Shown here piece after piece: positions 25,601-37,785 of a stretch of DNA of 64,000 nt. The DNA is from Phoronis australis (lineage: Eukaryota > Animalia > Phoronida): the NCBI GenBank assembly GCA_002633005.1, contig NMRA01000118.1, positions 28,140 through 92,139 of the forward strand. The letters are read 5' to 3'. The translations under genes were made by a program, and so were the position numbers. The notes beneath the pieces are model-generated. The model was given only the letters and a program-made list of their open reading frames with translations, was not told where the DNA came from and did not search any database. Numbering within the stretch: position 1 is the stretch's first letter; each line of letters begins with the position of its first letter.

Positions 25601-26122
25601 TATCTTGAACCAAATGGGTAAACATTACGCTGTTAAATCATATGTGTAAGATAATTCTTGTTAGAGGCGTAAAGTAATAATTAGCGGCGTAAAGAAATTA
25701 TTTGAGGCGTAAAGTAATTGTTTACGGTGTAAAGTAATTATTTGCATAGTAAAGTAATTATTTGCGGCGTAAAGTAATCACTTGCGAAGTAAAGTAATTA
25801 TTTGCGGCGTAAAGTAACTATTTACGGCGTAAAGTAACTATTACGGCGTAAAGTAACTTTCAGAGGCGCAAATAATTACTTTAAGCCGTGATGAGAATTA
25901 AAGTAATTATTTGCCGCGTAAAGTACTATTTACGGCGTAAAGTAATTATTACGGCGTAAAGTAACTTTCAGAGGCGCAAATAATTACTTTACGTCGTGAT
26001 GCAATAATTACTTTACGTCGTAAATAATTACTTTACGCCGCAAATAATTACTTTGTGCCTCTAACAAGTTAACTTACGCACGTAATTGAATGGCGTAACG
26101 TTCACCCATTTGGCCAACGATA
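25601..26122. mobile_element. Foldback-type element: long TIRs enclosing 21-bp tandem arrays in both orientations
   Basis: tatc.ttg..ccaaatgggt...cttgttagaggc is mirrored by gcctctaacaag...acccatttggccaacgata; internal ggcgtaaagtaattatttgc units flip to taattactttacg near 25980. Confidence 0.75.
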
Positions 26123-26506
26123 TTATCGACGACAATGGTGTAGTAACCACGCACGTTCAATGCCAATGAATGACATAAAGCCTCCTCTAATCGTCTGTAC
26201 GATCCTGTCATCTGTGCAAACATCACTCGGGCTAAGTTGGGTCGGCAACGGCCCGATGATTACGTGAAGCGCTTTGAATCAGAAGCTAGTTCAAAGTTAC
26301 TACTAACTTAGTTATCATGGTAGTTAGTAGTGCCAGTAACTGCAACAATTTTGTTGTTGTTGTTGTCCACGTATATCCTATCTTATGCTATCGAACCCCT
26401 CGAAACCCCTGGCTACGGGCCTGTTTCAGGACCAATCCTGCTCTTTGATGTATGGACCAATGTATTTCGAGGCGTCACACGCGTTCACGTGTCATATTTT
26501 TTACAG

Positions 26507-26656
26507 CCAGGAGCAAGTTTGTGAGCTCTATCAACAACTGCACACCTCCGAACAGGCGGGTTTGCTAGGACAGTTTGAGTCGATCATTCTGGGAGTCATA
26601 AAGGATATACGGTCACAACAACAAGAGAACAAGAGGCTTGAACAGTCTTTCAAGAG
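26507..26656 (+). CDS. RASEF: RASEF exon 2 (shared; coiled-coil start)
   Basis: ttacag|...|gtaaag; QEQVCELYQQLH...FESIILGVIKDIR resembles human EEQVSTLYQNI...YEHVIKNFIREIR. Confidence 0.92.
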
Positions 26657-27148
26657 GTAAAGTATGCAAGTTGTCCAAGAGTTCAAAAATATACCCTCAG
26701 CAAGCACAGATGGGTATGCATTTAAAGAATCATCTCAGAGCTAATACTACGCGTTGATTAAGCAAAAGTGCGCGTTGAATAAACACATTTTAACGCGCAG
26801 AAAGGTAATCGTTTAAGGACCCTTTGAGTGAACTTGTCACGTTTTCTCGTGTATTCCAAGTTCACACATGCGTGATCTTGAGATTAAACAAGAGTCACGC
26901 ACAACAGCGACGTCAATATTCACCAACGACGTCTGGTGTTATACACAATTTACTTCCGGCAAGTACGTCGTCTACTTCACTAGGGTCGAGTTCAAAAACG
27001 TTAGTGTCAAGATCTCGCAATACTCCACCAGATATCGCCATATATTTTCAACGAAAAGTATTTGATTATGCTTAGATTTTTCTCGGCGCGAGACAGTTAT
27101 TAAACTTGACGTAGTTTTTAATGTGTATCTATTTATTGTTCTCTGTAG

Positions 27149-27239
27149 AGAAAAAGAGTATAATGAGCGCCACCTACAGCAACTGGAACAAGAGCTGGAC
27201 AATCAAGTGCGCAGTGTGAGCTCTCACGTGAAGGAGGAG
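27149..27239 (+). CDS. RASEF: RASEF exon 3 (coiled coil)
   Basis: ctgtag|...|gtaaat; EKEYNERHLQQLEQELDNQV; phases consistent. Confidence 0.9.
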
Positions 27240-27923
27240 GTAAATAGCAGGGTCGCTACCCATTACCATTTACGGATAGCGAAACTGGATTCATATACAA
27301 GTGCATGCTCTACTTATGGGATATCCTTCATTCTTGCCCCCTATTGGACCCATGGATATGTGTTTCCTCCTTAAAAATCTACGAATGGTCGACTTATTGT
27401 ACATGTACATGTTCCGCTTTCCTCTATCTGTAAAAAAACCAGTGGCCTTTAAGGGCACTTAAGTGGCCTCTTACGCCTGGAATGACGAATTATGGGGAAT
27501 CTTGTTGTTGGGTCTGAAGGCACAGTATGACAGTTAGGCGTTTCCCTACAATATCATCCACATGGTATATTAATCACACTTCTGCTTTCGGAACTATTTT
27601 AAACGAGTATGAACACAGACGTTTTGGCCAATCTATAGAGCTATTCTAATTGAACTTTTAGCTGTCTCGAGATTTAATGGGCAGTGCTGACATTTACCAT
27701 TGTGCATAACGTATTTCATGACATGTACCTATGATACGATTGTTGCCTATAATATGTAAAGAAATGCAAACGATCATTGATTCGTCTAATATGAACACAG
27801 GAGGCTCACACTGGATGCAGAGAAGCGATAACAAGCTTTCCTGCACAATTGTAGGTAATATGAATTTTACCCTTTGTGCGTTTTGGTATCATTGTAACAA
27901 CTTCCACGTCTTATTGTTTTCAG

Positions 27924-28222
27924 GAAAAGGAAAAATATGAACGAGAGATAAATGAATTGAGATCTCAATATCAAAGAGAAAAGGAAGAGCTTGAAAATAC
28001 CTTACAAAAATTGCAAAGTTTGCATGTTCCAAAGTTGGATTCGTGTGATCGACCAAACGATGAACAATTGGGGAACCTTAAGGCGAAAATAGACGAAGTG
28101 AGTCAAGAAAATAGATACCTCAAAAGCGACTTGACTGACGCGCAAACAACGCTGGCGTTGCTTAGATCTGAATTGGCGTCCGCGAGGCAGGAACTTAGTG
28201 ACAAGTGTTCGGAGCTCTCATG
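27924..28222 (+). CDS. RASEF: RASEF exon 4 (coiled coil)
   Basis: tttcag|...|gtaaga; ...ENRYLKSDLTDAQTTLALLRSEL resembles human [23 protein letters not shown]. Confidence 0.92.
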
Positions 28223-28626
28223 GTAAGAAAATGCGATTACGAGGAAGTTCGGAAGGCGAACTGTTGTCATTCATAGATCCTATGTAAAACTTTTGTTTAT
28301 GCTGCGTATTTGTTGGGCTATCATGCGGGTGACGGTCGAGCCTGGGTTCTAGTTTCCGAATTCGAAAATACTAGTTACATTTCTGTTCTATTGCATAACA
28401 ACGTTAAGATAAGTAGTTATAGATATTTGCTCAAGTATTTTCTGGTTTGTGCACTGCAGATGAATTTCACATCTGATGACCACTAGATGTGAGCTGCAAG
28501 CTCGAGTTCAAACTCGAGATTTCGCATTCATACTAAACGGGGCATGACACTCCCAACTACACCATAATATAACCGAGCACAGAAGAATGGACTCTTATCT
28601 TATGTTCGTTCTTTTGCTAGACAAAA

Positions 28627-28865
28627 CAGTGGCAGATCTACGATTTCAGTAAGGGGGGGGTTTAGGATTCGAAACAATCCGAGGCGCGTAGCGCCGAGGA
28701 GAAGGAAGGTCGCGAGAGGGTTTCCCTCCTCCCGTGTAAGATTTTTTTGGGATTTTTAGTACCTAATTTCGTTTTTCTGGCGATTTTTTTTCCAGTTTTT
28801 ATTTTTGATCCTGTCCCGAGGGGGGGGTTTAAACCCCCTGAACCCCCCCTGTAGATCCGCCTCTG
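28627..28865. mobile_element. MITE with 5-bp TSD (CAAAA)
   Basis: caaaa|cagtggcagatctac...gtagatccgcctctg|caaaa. Confidence 0.85.
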
Positions 28866-29203
28866 CAAAAATAATAATAATCTAAAGTTTGATCGCAAGT
28901 TCGAAGATTAAACACCGGGACTTTTAGTGAGTAAAGTCACACTCTGTAGTCATTATATACAATATACACTTTTAGCAGTAAAACATTTCGCTTTGTCCCG
29001 AACGAATATCACCTGTTATACACAATCAAACATTATGGTCATAAAACCACAAGCAAACTATCCGGTGTCAAACGTGTTGCTGTGTCTTTTGGACTATTCG
29101 CAAATAAAAAGTCCTTTTTCTATAATTATGCCATTGTAGTTTGATGCCAGTCCATCCCACTGTTAGGACATATAACTTATACGTACATCATTGGTTGTTT
29201 CAG

Positions 29204-29272
29204 TGAAAAGCAGACGTTGATTGACTGCGAAAAAGAACACGAAAATCTAACTCGTCAACTTCACCTTCTTCA
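29204..29272 (+). CDS. RASEF: RASEF exon 5
   Basis: tttcag|...|gtaagt; 69 nt, phase 2-2, EKQTLIDCEKEHENLTRQLHLL. Confidence 0.88.
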
Positions 29273-29764
29273 GTAAGTAACATTTGGAGGAAAGACAAGT
29301 AGGCACCTCACTGAACTGATACGAGAATGAAATGACTATTATTTAGGCGTGAAGTGAAAAAGAACATGAACAATTTCTCGTTATTCATACTTACACTCCA
29401 AATGTTTAGCTGACCAAAAATATAAAATCAAAACTAGGCCACACCTACAAAATATGTGCCAAAATTTTATTGGACTTTTCATGAAGATTTTGGAGTAAAA
29501 ATGCTTCCAAAATTCGTGGTGTTGACCAGGCCTTCCAAAATTTGACCAGTTCAATCAATTACGGGTTGTCTTTCAATTCCGTAAAATTATCAAGTAAGCC
29601 TTGGTTAGCACAATTCTTAGATTTAGTTTCTATAACTGAGCAGCGCATCTTGTGAAGGAATAGTGTAGCTTTATCCAGCTCGCCTGTCGTCAGTGATTTC
29701 AGTAGAACTCATAGACACTCCAGAGATTTCTGTGTATTCAATGATATTTTCAAACCTTTTGCAG

Positions 29765-29893
29765 TGACGCTAACAAGAAACTCCACGACACTAACGACGA
29801 TCTTCGAGCTGCGGTGGAAGCGAGCCGACACACAAGGTCAAGGTCACGGACATCCGTTCATTCAGCTCATTCGACTCCTGTCCACGATACGAG
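29765..29893 (+). CDS. RASEF: RASEF exon 6
   Basis: ttgcag|...|gtagcg; DANKKLHDTNDDLRAAVE resembles human ANRKLHDSNDGLRSALE. Confidence 0.88.
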
Positions 29894-30346
29894 GTAGCGT
29901 GCAATGCCCTGTACCAACACCTAACTCAAACGTGCTGCGCGAACAGCTCGAGTTGAACTACCTTTGTCCTTACAACTATTTGATCAAGAGTGTTTATTTT
30001 TGGCAATGAGAAATACGTTTAACGTCAGCTTGACGTGTGTTTCAGTGACTTTTGTCACAGCTGAAGTTCTGACTCCATGTACATCAGACTCCGAAACAGC
30101 AGCAACCATGGAAGATATCTTTATTTGAAGAGCATCGTACTATTCTATATAATTCGCCTCCCGCACAGAAAAATCTAAATGTGTGTGTCGTGTGCGTGAA
30201 TCATTCTGCAATGGCCTCGAATTTCGATACGGCTGTAATCGTTTTGGTGTAGGCTACTGTTTGTTAAAGTATTCGTTGTAACTTGTATGGACACTAAAAT
30301 TGGTTTCACCAGCTATATGTAAATGTTCAAAAATTACATTCTGCAG

Positions 30347-30489
30347 TCACAGACTATCACCTAGTCAAAACTCATCTTTAGCCGAGGAAATATCCCAGAC
30401 GGAGCAGCCGCCATCACATGATTACAGACGGCCTAATGTGCTGCCCTCTCACGAGAGCTGTGAGATAGACAGTCTGCCAGAGGATTTCG
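30347..30489 (+). CDS. RASEF: RASEF exon 7
   Basis: ctgcag|...|gtatgt; HRLSPSQNSSLAEE...SCEIDSLPEDF; phase 2-1. Confidence 0.85.
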
Positions 30490-31005
30490 GTATGTTCCGT
30501 TTAAATTAGTGTACACGGTGACCACCTGGTACGAACAGGTGCTCACTATTGGAATTACGAACTTGGACAGTGCATGGTTGTTGGCACGTCATATGATCCA
30601 GTCACACGATGCCACTAGATCCTATGTTAAAAAAAAACCCAGTGATCAGTTAGCGATCTCCCTGTCGCCGGTTCAAAATCAGACGAGCTCTATTTCAAGC
30701 GACACACAAGTATAAAAACGTACAACTAAATTGAGGTAATATCCTGCCAGTGGAACCTGCAGGCGGATTAGTTTTATACAGTTCATTCTATGCGAATTTT
30801 GGGACAATACATCGTTGTTGACATGTCACGCCCATATGCTTGCACCAAGGTGGGAACGTTCTGGATTTGACTGAACCTAATGATTCACAATCACTGAATG
30901 TGTTACTGAATTTTGTCTCAAAGCACACGACGTAAAATTCAATTTAAGCAATGTATTAAAACGCTGTTAATGCGGGAAATTCTGACGAAGTTCTCATTTG
31001 TTCAG

Positions 31006-31446
31006 ACAGTGGACATTCCACACTTCGCGACATAAACGAAATTGACAGCGAAGAGGAACAGGATTCTCGTTCGAGTCGCAGACTCAAACGCAGCGGCCAC
31101 TCAGCCGACTCGGAGGATACTGAAGGAGAACTTGACCGGGCTCTGCAAAGGTCTTATGACGACTTTCCAAAAATCAAGCGGCGAAGAGAAAAAAGCAACA
31201 GCCGACCGAACTCTGCTGGCAGCCGATCATCTGTCAGAAGCACTCGATCTGTCGACAGCTCTGGATCTGTTCGCCGAAAATTACCGACTCCTCCCAACAT
31301 GGCGCTTACACATATACCAATAGTAACTGGGGACCCCGAAAGAATGTACAAGGTCGTTCTCGCTGGGGACGCGGCTGTTGGCAAGACGAGCTTCATTATG
31401 AGACTGTGTAAAGGCACGTTCGTCACCAACATCAGCTCGACTCTGG
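31006..31446 (+). CDS. RASEF: RASEF exon 8 (linker plus Rab G1/G2)
   Basis: gttcag|...|gtatga; [16 protein letters not shown]...[35 protein letters not shown]. Confidence 0.95.
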
Positions 31447-31757
31447 GTATGATTTTTGACTTGCAATGATAATGCTTGAGAGTTCTACAAAAAGATCCAT
31501 CAGGGATGCGCAATAAACGTAATGCCAATAGGCGGACTATCGATGACCCAAGACTGAGCCTTCCCCTTCATAGACAGGGCAAAAAACGCCCTTGGATGTC
31601 GTACTTCAGGTTTCGAGGACATTATTCTTCGAAATTGTGATTGCTTTCTCCTTGGGACATCCTACATATCCGACGCTAGTGTTGTCTAACTTATAATTGA
31701 AGTACGTGAGCGTCTACATGTTTTGACATCACAACGTTTTACAAATTTGCATTTCAG

Positions 31758-31954
31758 GGGTCGATTTCCACACGAAAATTGTTGAGGTTGACGGGCGACT
31801 GGTGGCACTTCAACTGTGGGACACTGCTGGTCAGGAACGTTTCCGAAGTATCGCCAAATCGTATTTTCGTCGCGCAGACGGCGTCTTGCTGCTTTACGAC
31901 TGTACTTACGAGCGATCCTTTCTCAACGTGCGGGAATGGATTGACGCAATAGAG
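31758..31954 (+). CDS. RASEF: RASEF exon 9 (Rab G3), ends at a GC donor
   Basis: tttcag|; VDFHTK...[31 protein letters not shown]...EWIDAIE|gcaagc. Confidence 0.92.
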
Positions 31955-33207
31955 GCAAGCACTTGTAATGTTGTTATTATGACTAGTAACTAAACAAGGA
32001 TTATATCTCAGTTGTGGGATACAAAACGTCTGCCTATATTACCAGCTTTGCCAAAATTATGACGTTCACTTGCTTATTTCAATGGTTAGGCCGTCGTACT
32101 TTTCTGCTCCAGCAACAGAAAACAGTTTCATCTCTGCCAGACTACGCTGTTCGAAAGATCATAATTTCCATATTTGTTTTGTATTTATTACCAATGTTTC
32201 GATATGGGTAGCGGTTGCACCAATCCGACTAAGGTCCAGGCTCTTTCGACTGAGAGTGGTTGCTTCGCTTCCACGAACGCTCAAACGTAATAACCTTCGA
32301 AGACATAAAAACGAATATAAGAAGTTGTGTTCAACAGATAATATATTGTCAAAACTGTTACAAAATAAACAGATACGTACATTTTGCAAAATCATACATC
32401 TCGCTGAAAAAAGTTTATTGTAGCTGCAATTAACATTTTGACATTACCCTTTTCCCCACATGCACGCTGTATATATAGATAGACAGAAAGAACTGATTGT
32501 AACCGCAACTCGAGTTAGTTATTCGATTCAAAAGCTGGCCTAATAAAATTATGGGAGAGTTGTGATATTAATTGTACAAATATTTGTTCATCTGCACCTC
32601 TTTGTTGAGCGCCGTACTTCAACTGACTGCCTACATGAACACTCGAGGCTTATCTTGTGTGCCTGAGGAATATTTGAAGTCAAATTGACATTATCTGCTA
32701 GAAAAGCGAATTTCTGAGATCAACCGCAGCGCAGAAAACCTTGCGATGGCAAAGGGTCGAGCGGTCAGCTGGCGGAGCTAAACCGTACACAGTTAACTGT
32801 AGCGTATCAACATGCAACTGTAGCTGGTTTAATCACCGTCCGTCATTTTAGCGAGTATCTGACAGACAGGGGAGAGAATTGGTGGTTTTTAATAAAATCA
32901 CAAAAACACAACGGATTTTGTTGTTTCGTAGCTCTTTTTAATTCAAACTTCTTCAAGAAGTCTATCCCCGCCAACAATACTCCCAAAATGCGTTATCGGC
33001 TGTAGAACCGACAACGTTCCTTTAATAAAACGGTGCGTCTTATTTTACTATAGATTTCTAAGTTTTCTCGGTTATTTTTTAAATTTTAACATTACTGTGG
33101 CCAATGGTTAAAGTAACGTGGAAGCAGATTTGGCGAACAAACTCGTCTTGCGAAGTCATCGTGCCATTAACAGCAGTCGTTGTCACGAATACACGCCATT
33201 ATTTCAG

Positions 33208-33404
33208 GATGGAGCTCAGAAAAAATTGCCAATTATGATGTGTGCCAACAAATCAGATCTGCGCCCTCAAGCTGAAAAATTAGGTCAAAAGGTTGTAAGT
33301 CAGGAAGTCGGACTGAAGTTGGCCAAGGACTATTCAGCGTTATTCATAGAAACAAGTGCCAAAGACGGAAGTAACATCTATTCTTCTGTCATCGAACTTA
33401 CAAG
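33208..33404 (+). CDS. RASEF: RASEF exon 10 (Rab G4/G5)
   Basis: tttcag|...|gtgaga; DGAQKKLPIMMCANKSDLR...FIETSAKDGSNI. Confidence 0.95.
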
Positions 33405-33827
33405 GTGAGACACCTGGTAACTGCATTGGTCTATCTTATTGTAAGGCCCAAATATATCTGTGCTCTGGCTTGGGATTCAGTTCTTCAAAAAATGATGAAG
33501 AGTCCTGTCTTTTTCCTGCACATTACGCGTGTCCCAACAAATTTTAACATTAGATATTGATTTTAAGGTAACAATAAAATACTTTCTTACTTTCTCATTA
33601 AATCGAGTATTTTAACTTTCTTTAGTAAAATCTTTAAGTTTGTTCTATGTTCAGAGGGTGAAATTCCCTAGATGTCCATAGACCCAAAACACTTGCTGGT
33701 TAAGTCACAGTGATCACATGCTTCGCTTTTATAGTTCGCGAAAATTTGCATGATCTCACTTTTCTTGCAAGAAGCAGTTCAGGTCACGATGAAAGCTTAA
33801 ATATTTTCTTTCTCAAACGTTTTCCAG

Positions 33828-33927
33828 AATGTTGAGGACAAACGAGGATTTGGAAGTAAAGTCTGTCGGATTACAACTACACGAAATGCAGGTTGACGGG
33901 GAACGAAAACTGCCCAAGTGTTGCTAA
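33828..33927 (+). CDS. RASEF: RASEF last coding exon (hypervariable tail, CC prenylation motif)
   Basis: ttccag|; RMLRTNEDLEVKSVGLQLHEMQVDGERKLPKCC-TAA. Confidence 0.92.
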
Positions 33928-34864
33928 AGAGTATTCAGTGTCGCTGTTTCTCACCCCCGCTGGTGTCAGGGTCTTTGGTCCTGATTGTATCAGGAAAGAG
34001 TCAAGAACGTTGATTCGCTGATTACTTAAATGGGAGAAGAGTCGTCCCAAGCTGTACGGGCTTAACTGGTCTTCGATATACAGGCTTGGGATGGGTCCAG
34101 ATTGTGGCGAAATCGCACAAGTCTTCACGAGTATCTTCATGGTCAGTTACAAGGAAAGCACGAGGTCGCACCAGCCTTCACTCGGGAGTATCTTAATTTA
34201 CGTAACGGGCCACTGGCCAGTGTGCTGGCAAATACCACTTACTTCGTATACATCTGCCTAGTGGGAATTTTGTTTGCGTTGGGTCTGCCTAATGTCAGGG
34301 TTGATTTCGGAGTACGTGTTCATCATTCGTTATTATGTTGCAGTATGCGGCAAGAGGGTCCGCAAAACGTGTCATATTGCTAATGTAGTCGCATGTGCAA
34401 CTAGGGTCAACTGTGAGCAGCTATTAGTCAATTGAATATTGGATATGCCACTCTTAAGCAGTCTGGGTACAAAAACGTCTAGTTCTGATGTTAAAGACCG
34501 GTGAAGTTGACAAAGACTTCTTCACGGACATATTTTTGTCTGTTTAATGTCTATGCCTGCTGTCGGACAATTCTTCAGTGGCCGATTAAATCCCAATCAC
34601 GAGGTGTCATTCCGCCTACAAGGCAACGAACTCAAAATCGTACGCAATGCGTCTTGTCAGATATGTTTGACTTTGAACATTTCAGTAAATTGCTGCTTTC
34701 CTACAAATATGCCGTAGTAGCATATTCGTCGTAAAATTTAGATCCATGCCAATGTATTTATTTTGTTCACTTATAAATGTGCTCGTCTAAAGTATGCGGT
34801 AAATGGATTTTTGTATAATGAACATTTTACCTTCAAGTAATTCTTTGCATGCATAGCTCATAGT

Positions 34865-35014
34865 CAGTGCTGTAGTGGTAAGATTAGAGGTAAGTAAGCG
34901 CCCAAAGCCCACCGTATCACCTCGAGCACTGAAAGTAACTTAGTAGGCGCTACGTTCAGATGCCAAAAGGTGGTTGGCTACGCCTTCGTGCGCCTACGCC
35001 CCACTACAGCACTG
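34865..35014. mobile_element. hAT-like MITE (150 bp)
   Basis: 15-bp TIR cagtgctgtagtggg/cccactacagcactg; 8-bp TSD ctcatagt/ctcataga (one mismatch). Confidence 0.8.
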
Positions 35015-35055
35015 CTCATAGAATGTTTTTTATTCGTTAATTTTATTTGAATTTG

Positions 35056-35364
35056 GAAATAGCCGCGCCGAATTGAAATTCAATATCCCACCAGACGGCG
35101 AGCATGTCTTTGGTGGAAAGGCGGTCAGCGCCACCTACAGATCCCATGTAATGCGGACGGGTTTCAACATATATGGTACAAACAGCGCCTTAACACCTTT
35201 CCTGCTATCGTAACGCCGGCAAATTACCACTGCTGTGCGGTGGAACGTACTAGTGCCTTACGAAAAAATCTGTTGAAATCTCAATGTATGAACAAGGACA
35301 TCAAGCTCCATACATTTCCCACTGCGAAGAAGAATCATGCGGCAAAGCACGGCCAGTGGCTGCG
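35056..35364 (+). repeat. Dispersed repeat, copy 1 (copy 2 at 58102-58401)
   Basis: Colinear similarity gaaatagccg.gccg.attgaaa...ccagacgg...cagcgc.acctacag.tcccatgta...gaagaatc...gtggctgcg. Confidence 0.8.
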
Positions 35365-35409
35365 GCACACATTCCTGTGAATGTGCTGATTTTGGGCAAG
35401 TTTAAATAC

Positions 35410-35554
35410 CATGGGCGGCGCAGCACTGAAAAAAGTGGGGGGCTAAAGCCCCCTGAGCCCTCCTGTGGTGCACCACCTATAGACCATGTGCGGCGTAGCA
35501 CTGAAAAAAGTGGGGGGCTACAGCCCCCCAGCCCCCTATGGTGCGCCGCCCATG
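35410..35554. mobile_element. Dimeric MITE (two ~70-bp units), near-perfect 5-bp TSD
   Basis: aatac|catgggcggcgcagcactgaaaaaag...ggtgcgccgcccatg|aatat; second unit starts at 35485. Confidence 0.8.
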
Positions 35555-37785
35555 AATATTGGCGATTTCCACAAGTTCTAGTTGAGCCGACTCGGGGACG
35601 AGACGGTCTCGCCAATTCGTGACTGTACTCCTCAGTGACTAATGTATGCGATTTTCCCCGTGCATGCACATGTACATATTCGCTACTCAAGGCGTGGAGA
35701 CCTGTAGGCCCCTACAGTAGTCTTATCGCATGTTTCAGTTGCCTGTCATGTCAAAAATCCTTAAAAAATCACAAAAAACGCGATTTTTCCTCTCAAAAGA
35801 TATTTATAATTTGCTACAACAGCGCTTAATTGCACACGGAGATTTCACTTATCGTATTTGCAAATAAGAATTTCAAGTGTCGTTTTCCTCATTTTTGTTT
35901 GTTCAAATGAATGTGTATAAGTATCAGCTTGTAATTATAGACTATACATGTCGGGATTGCAGTTGTTCATAGCGATTTCTAATACACACCATAAAGTATT
36001 TTAAGAACTACAGCGCCATTTCGTCGCAAACAACATTTATTTTTCGTGAAATATTTGCACACTTGACTCGCCATAAATTGTTTACAGCTTTTTCCAATGT
36101 GTTATATGACTTTGACAATTCATCTCAATATTTCCTAAGAAAGTTGTTAATCAATATTTCCTAAGAAAGCTGTTATGTACATTTTAAAAGAACATTTGTT
36201 TCAATTCTGACACTTTCGAAAACTTATTTCACTCGTGACGATATTGTATTACCCACGACACTCAGCATGCCTGCTGGTTTCCACACCATGTTATTTCTCT
36301 CTCTCTCTCACCAATGCCCTGTACTTTGGGAAGTAGTTTATTACACCAACTAATGAGTGAATATAGAAATACAGATACAACTCAAATACATCAAATAAGT
36401 AGTATTAACCATATTAAAACATATTTATAGCAAAAATACCAACTTGGCTGAACTACAATAAAGTTTTCTCGACTTAGATACTCGCAAGTATCATGTATGA
36501 ATGAGAGAAAAGTGGGCTTAGCTTTTAGCATCCGCTGTTTGTATATTATACATTGCCAAACAGAAATTAATAGTTTCCAAAGATGGCAGGCCCCGAATGT
36601 TAAGGAAAGTCGGATTTCACACTTAAGCTTATTAATTACTCTAAACAATGCCAAAAATCTTCAAACAAATGAACGTTCCCACTAAACGTACTAGACTTTT
36701 CTTTCTCACGGTCACACATAGCGAAGAGCACAAAGGTGACTAATGAACACCGGGTAAAAAACTTATACAAAATTAATCAATAATTGTTTTCATGATAAAC
36801 TGGACTGACTGCGTAGGGATTTTGCCAGATCCTTAAAAACTTAGATAAACATCTTTTCAGAATTTCTTGGCACTTTAGTCAATTTTTGTCGTAATAAAAT
36901 AGCATTTTTCGTTGCAGAACTTAATGTGATGTTATCGCGATTAGCCGCTGTCACGTTCTTCGACAACGTGTATGGAGTCTCACCTGTCGAGGTTTCGTCG
37001 ACATTTATCTGGAATTGAAACAGATTCTAGTGGAAATTGAATGGATATTAAGTCGAGGTTTTGTGCGCCTAAACATACTAGCACTTAGACATTTTCCAGT
37101 TTATTTTGAAAACTACTGTCTGGGATTGAAGCCATTTGAGAGTGACTAAAGTTGAAAGCAACAGTACATCTTAGAATACATTCCGTACTTTTTCTGTTTC
37201 TACGTGACCATGGAAATTGCAATATTGTGTAAAGTGCACACTGTAACACATGCTGTTCCTAAACACTTATAACTAATGAGTGCACACGTGGACACACAGC
37301 GATAGTGTGGTGGTGGTGGTCAGGCAACCAGGCTTTTGTGATTGAGTATCATAGGCAAAACACACTAAGTAATCAGCTATAAAATCATAGTAATAACGTC
37401 TCACCAACAGTGTGACGGAGTTCCTAAACTAACCAAAGTTGTTGTTAATATAAATAACAAGGTGTTTGACAAAAAATAAATGTACTGGTTGTGTTTTTTC
37501 TGATTGCGTTTGCAACTGGCTAATTAAGTGTATCACTCAAATTATATACTATGTATTTTAATGTGCTCGAAACAAATGTCTGAACGAAGCCTTGTTGAAT
37601 TAGGTGTTTGACTGGAAAATACTCTCTAGGTGTCGCTACTTTGACTTACCGCTGATGTACAATTAAGTCGTAACAAATTTAGTAGTCCTAATTCCCAATT
37701 CAAGTGGGTTGTCAGTTTTTTCTTTAATTCAGATTCCATGTTGATTTCGTCCTTTGTCAACTCTGTTTTTGCAGACGACGTTAAG

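Noticed and set aside
25665-26055. Regular short repeats resembling a CRISPR array
   Set aside because: No unique spacers, no cas genes and a eukaryotic context; this is the tandem array of a foldback element
31042-31528. ORF-track calls around RASEF exon 8
   Set aside because: Off-frame or antisense shadows of the true exon (31006-31446)
35284-35690. Overlapping 112- and 129-aa ORFs on both strands
   Set aside because: They derive from the GC-rich dimeric MITE and the adjacent repeat
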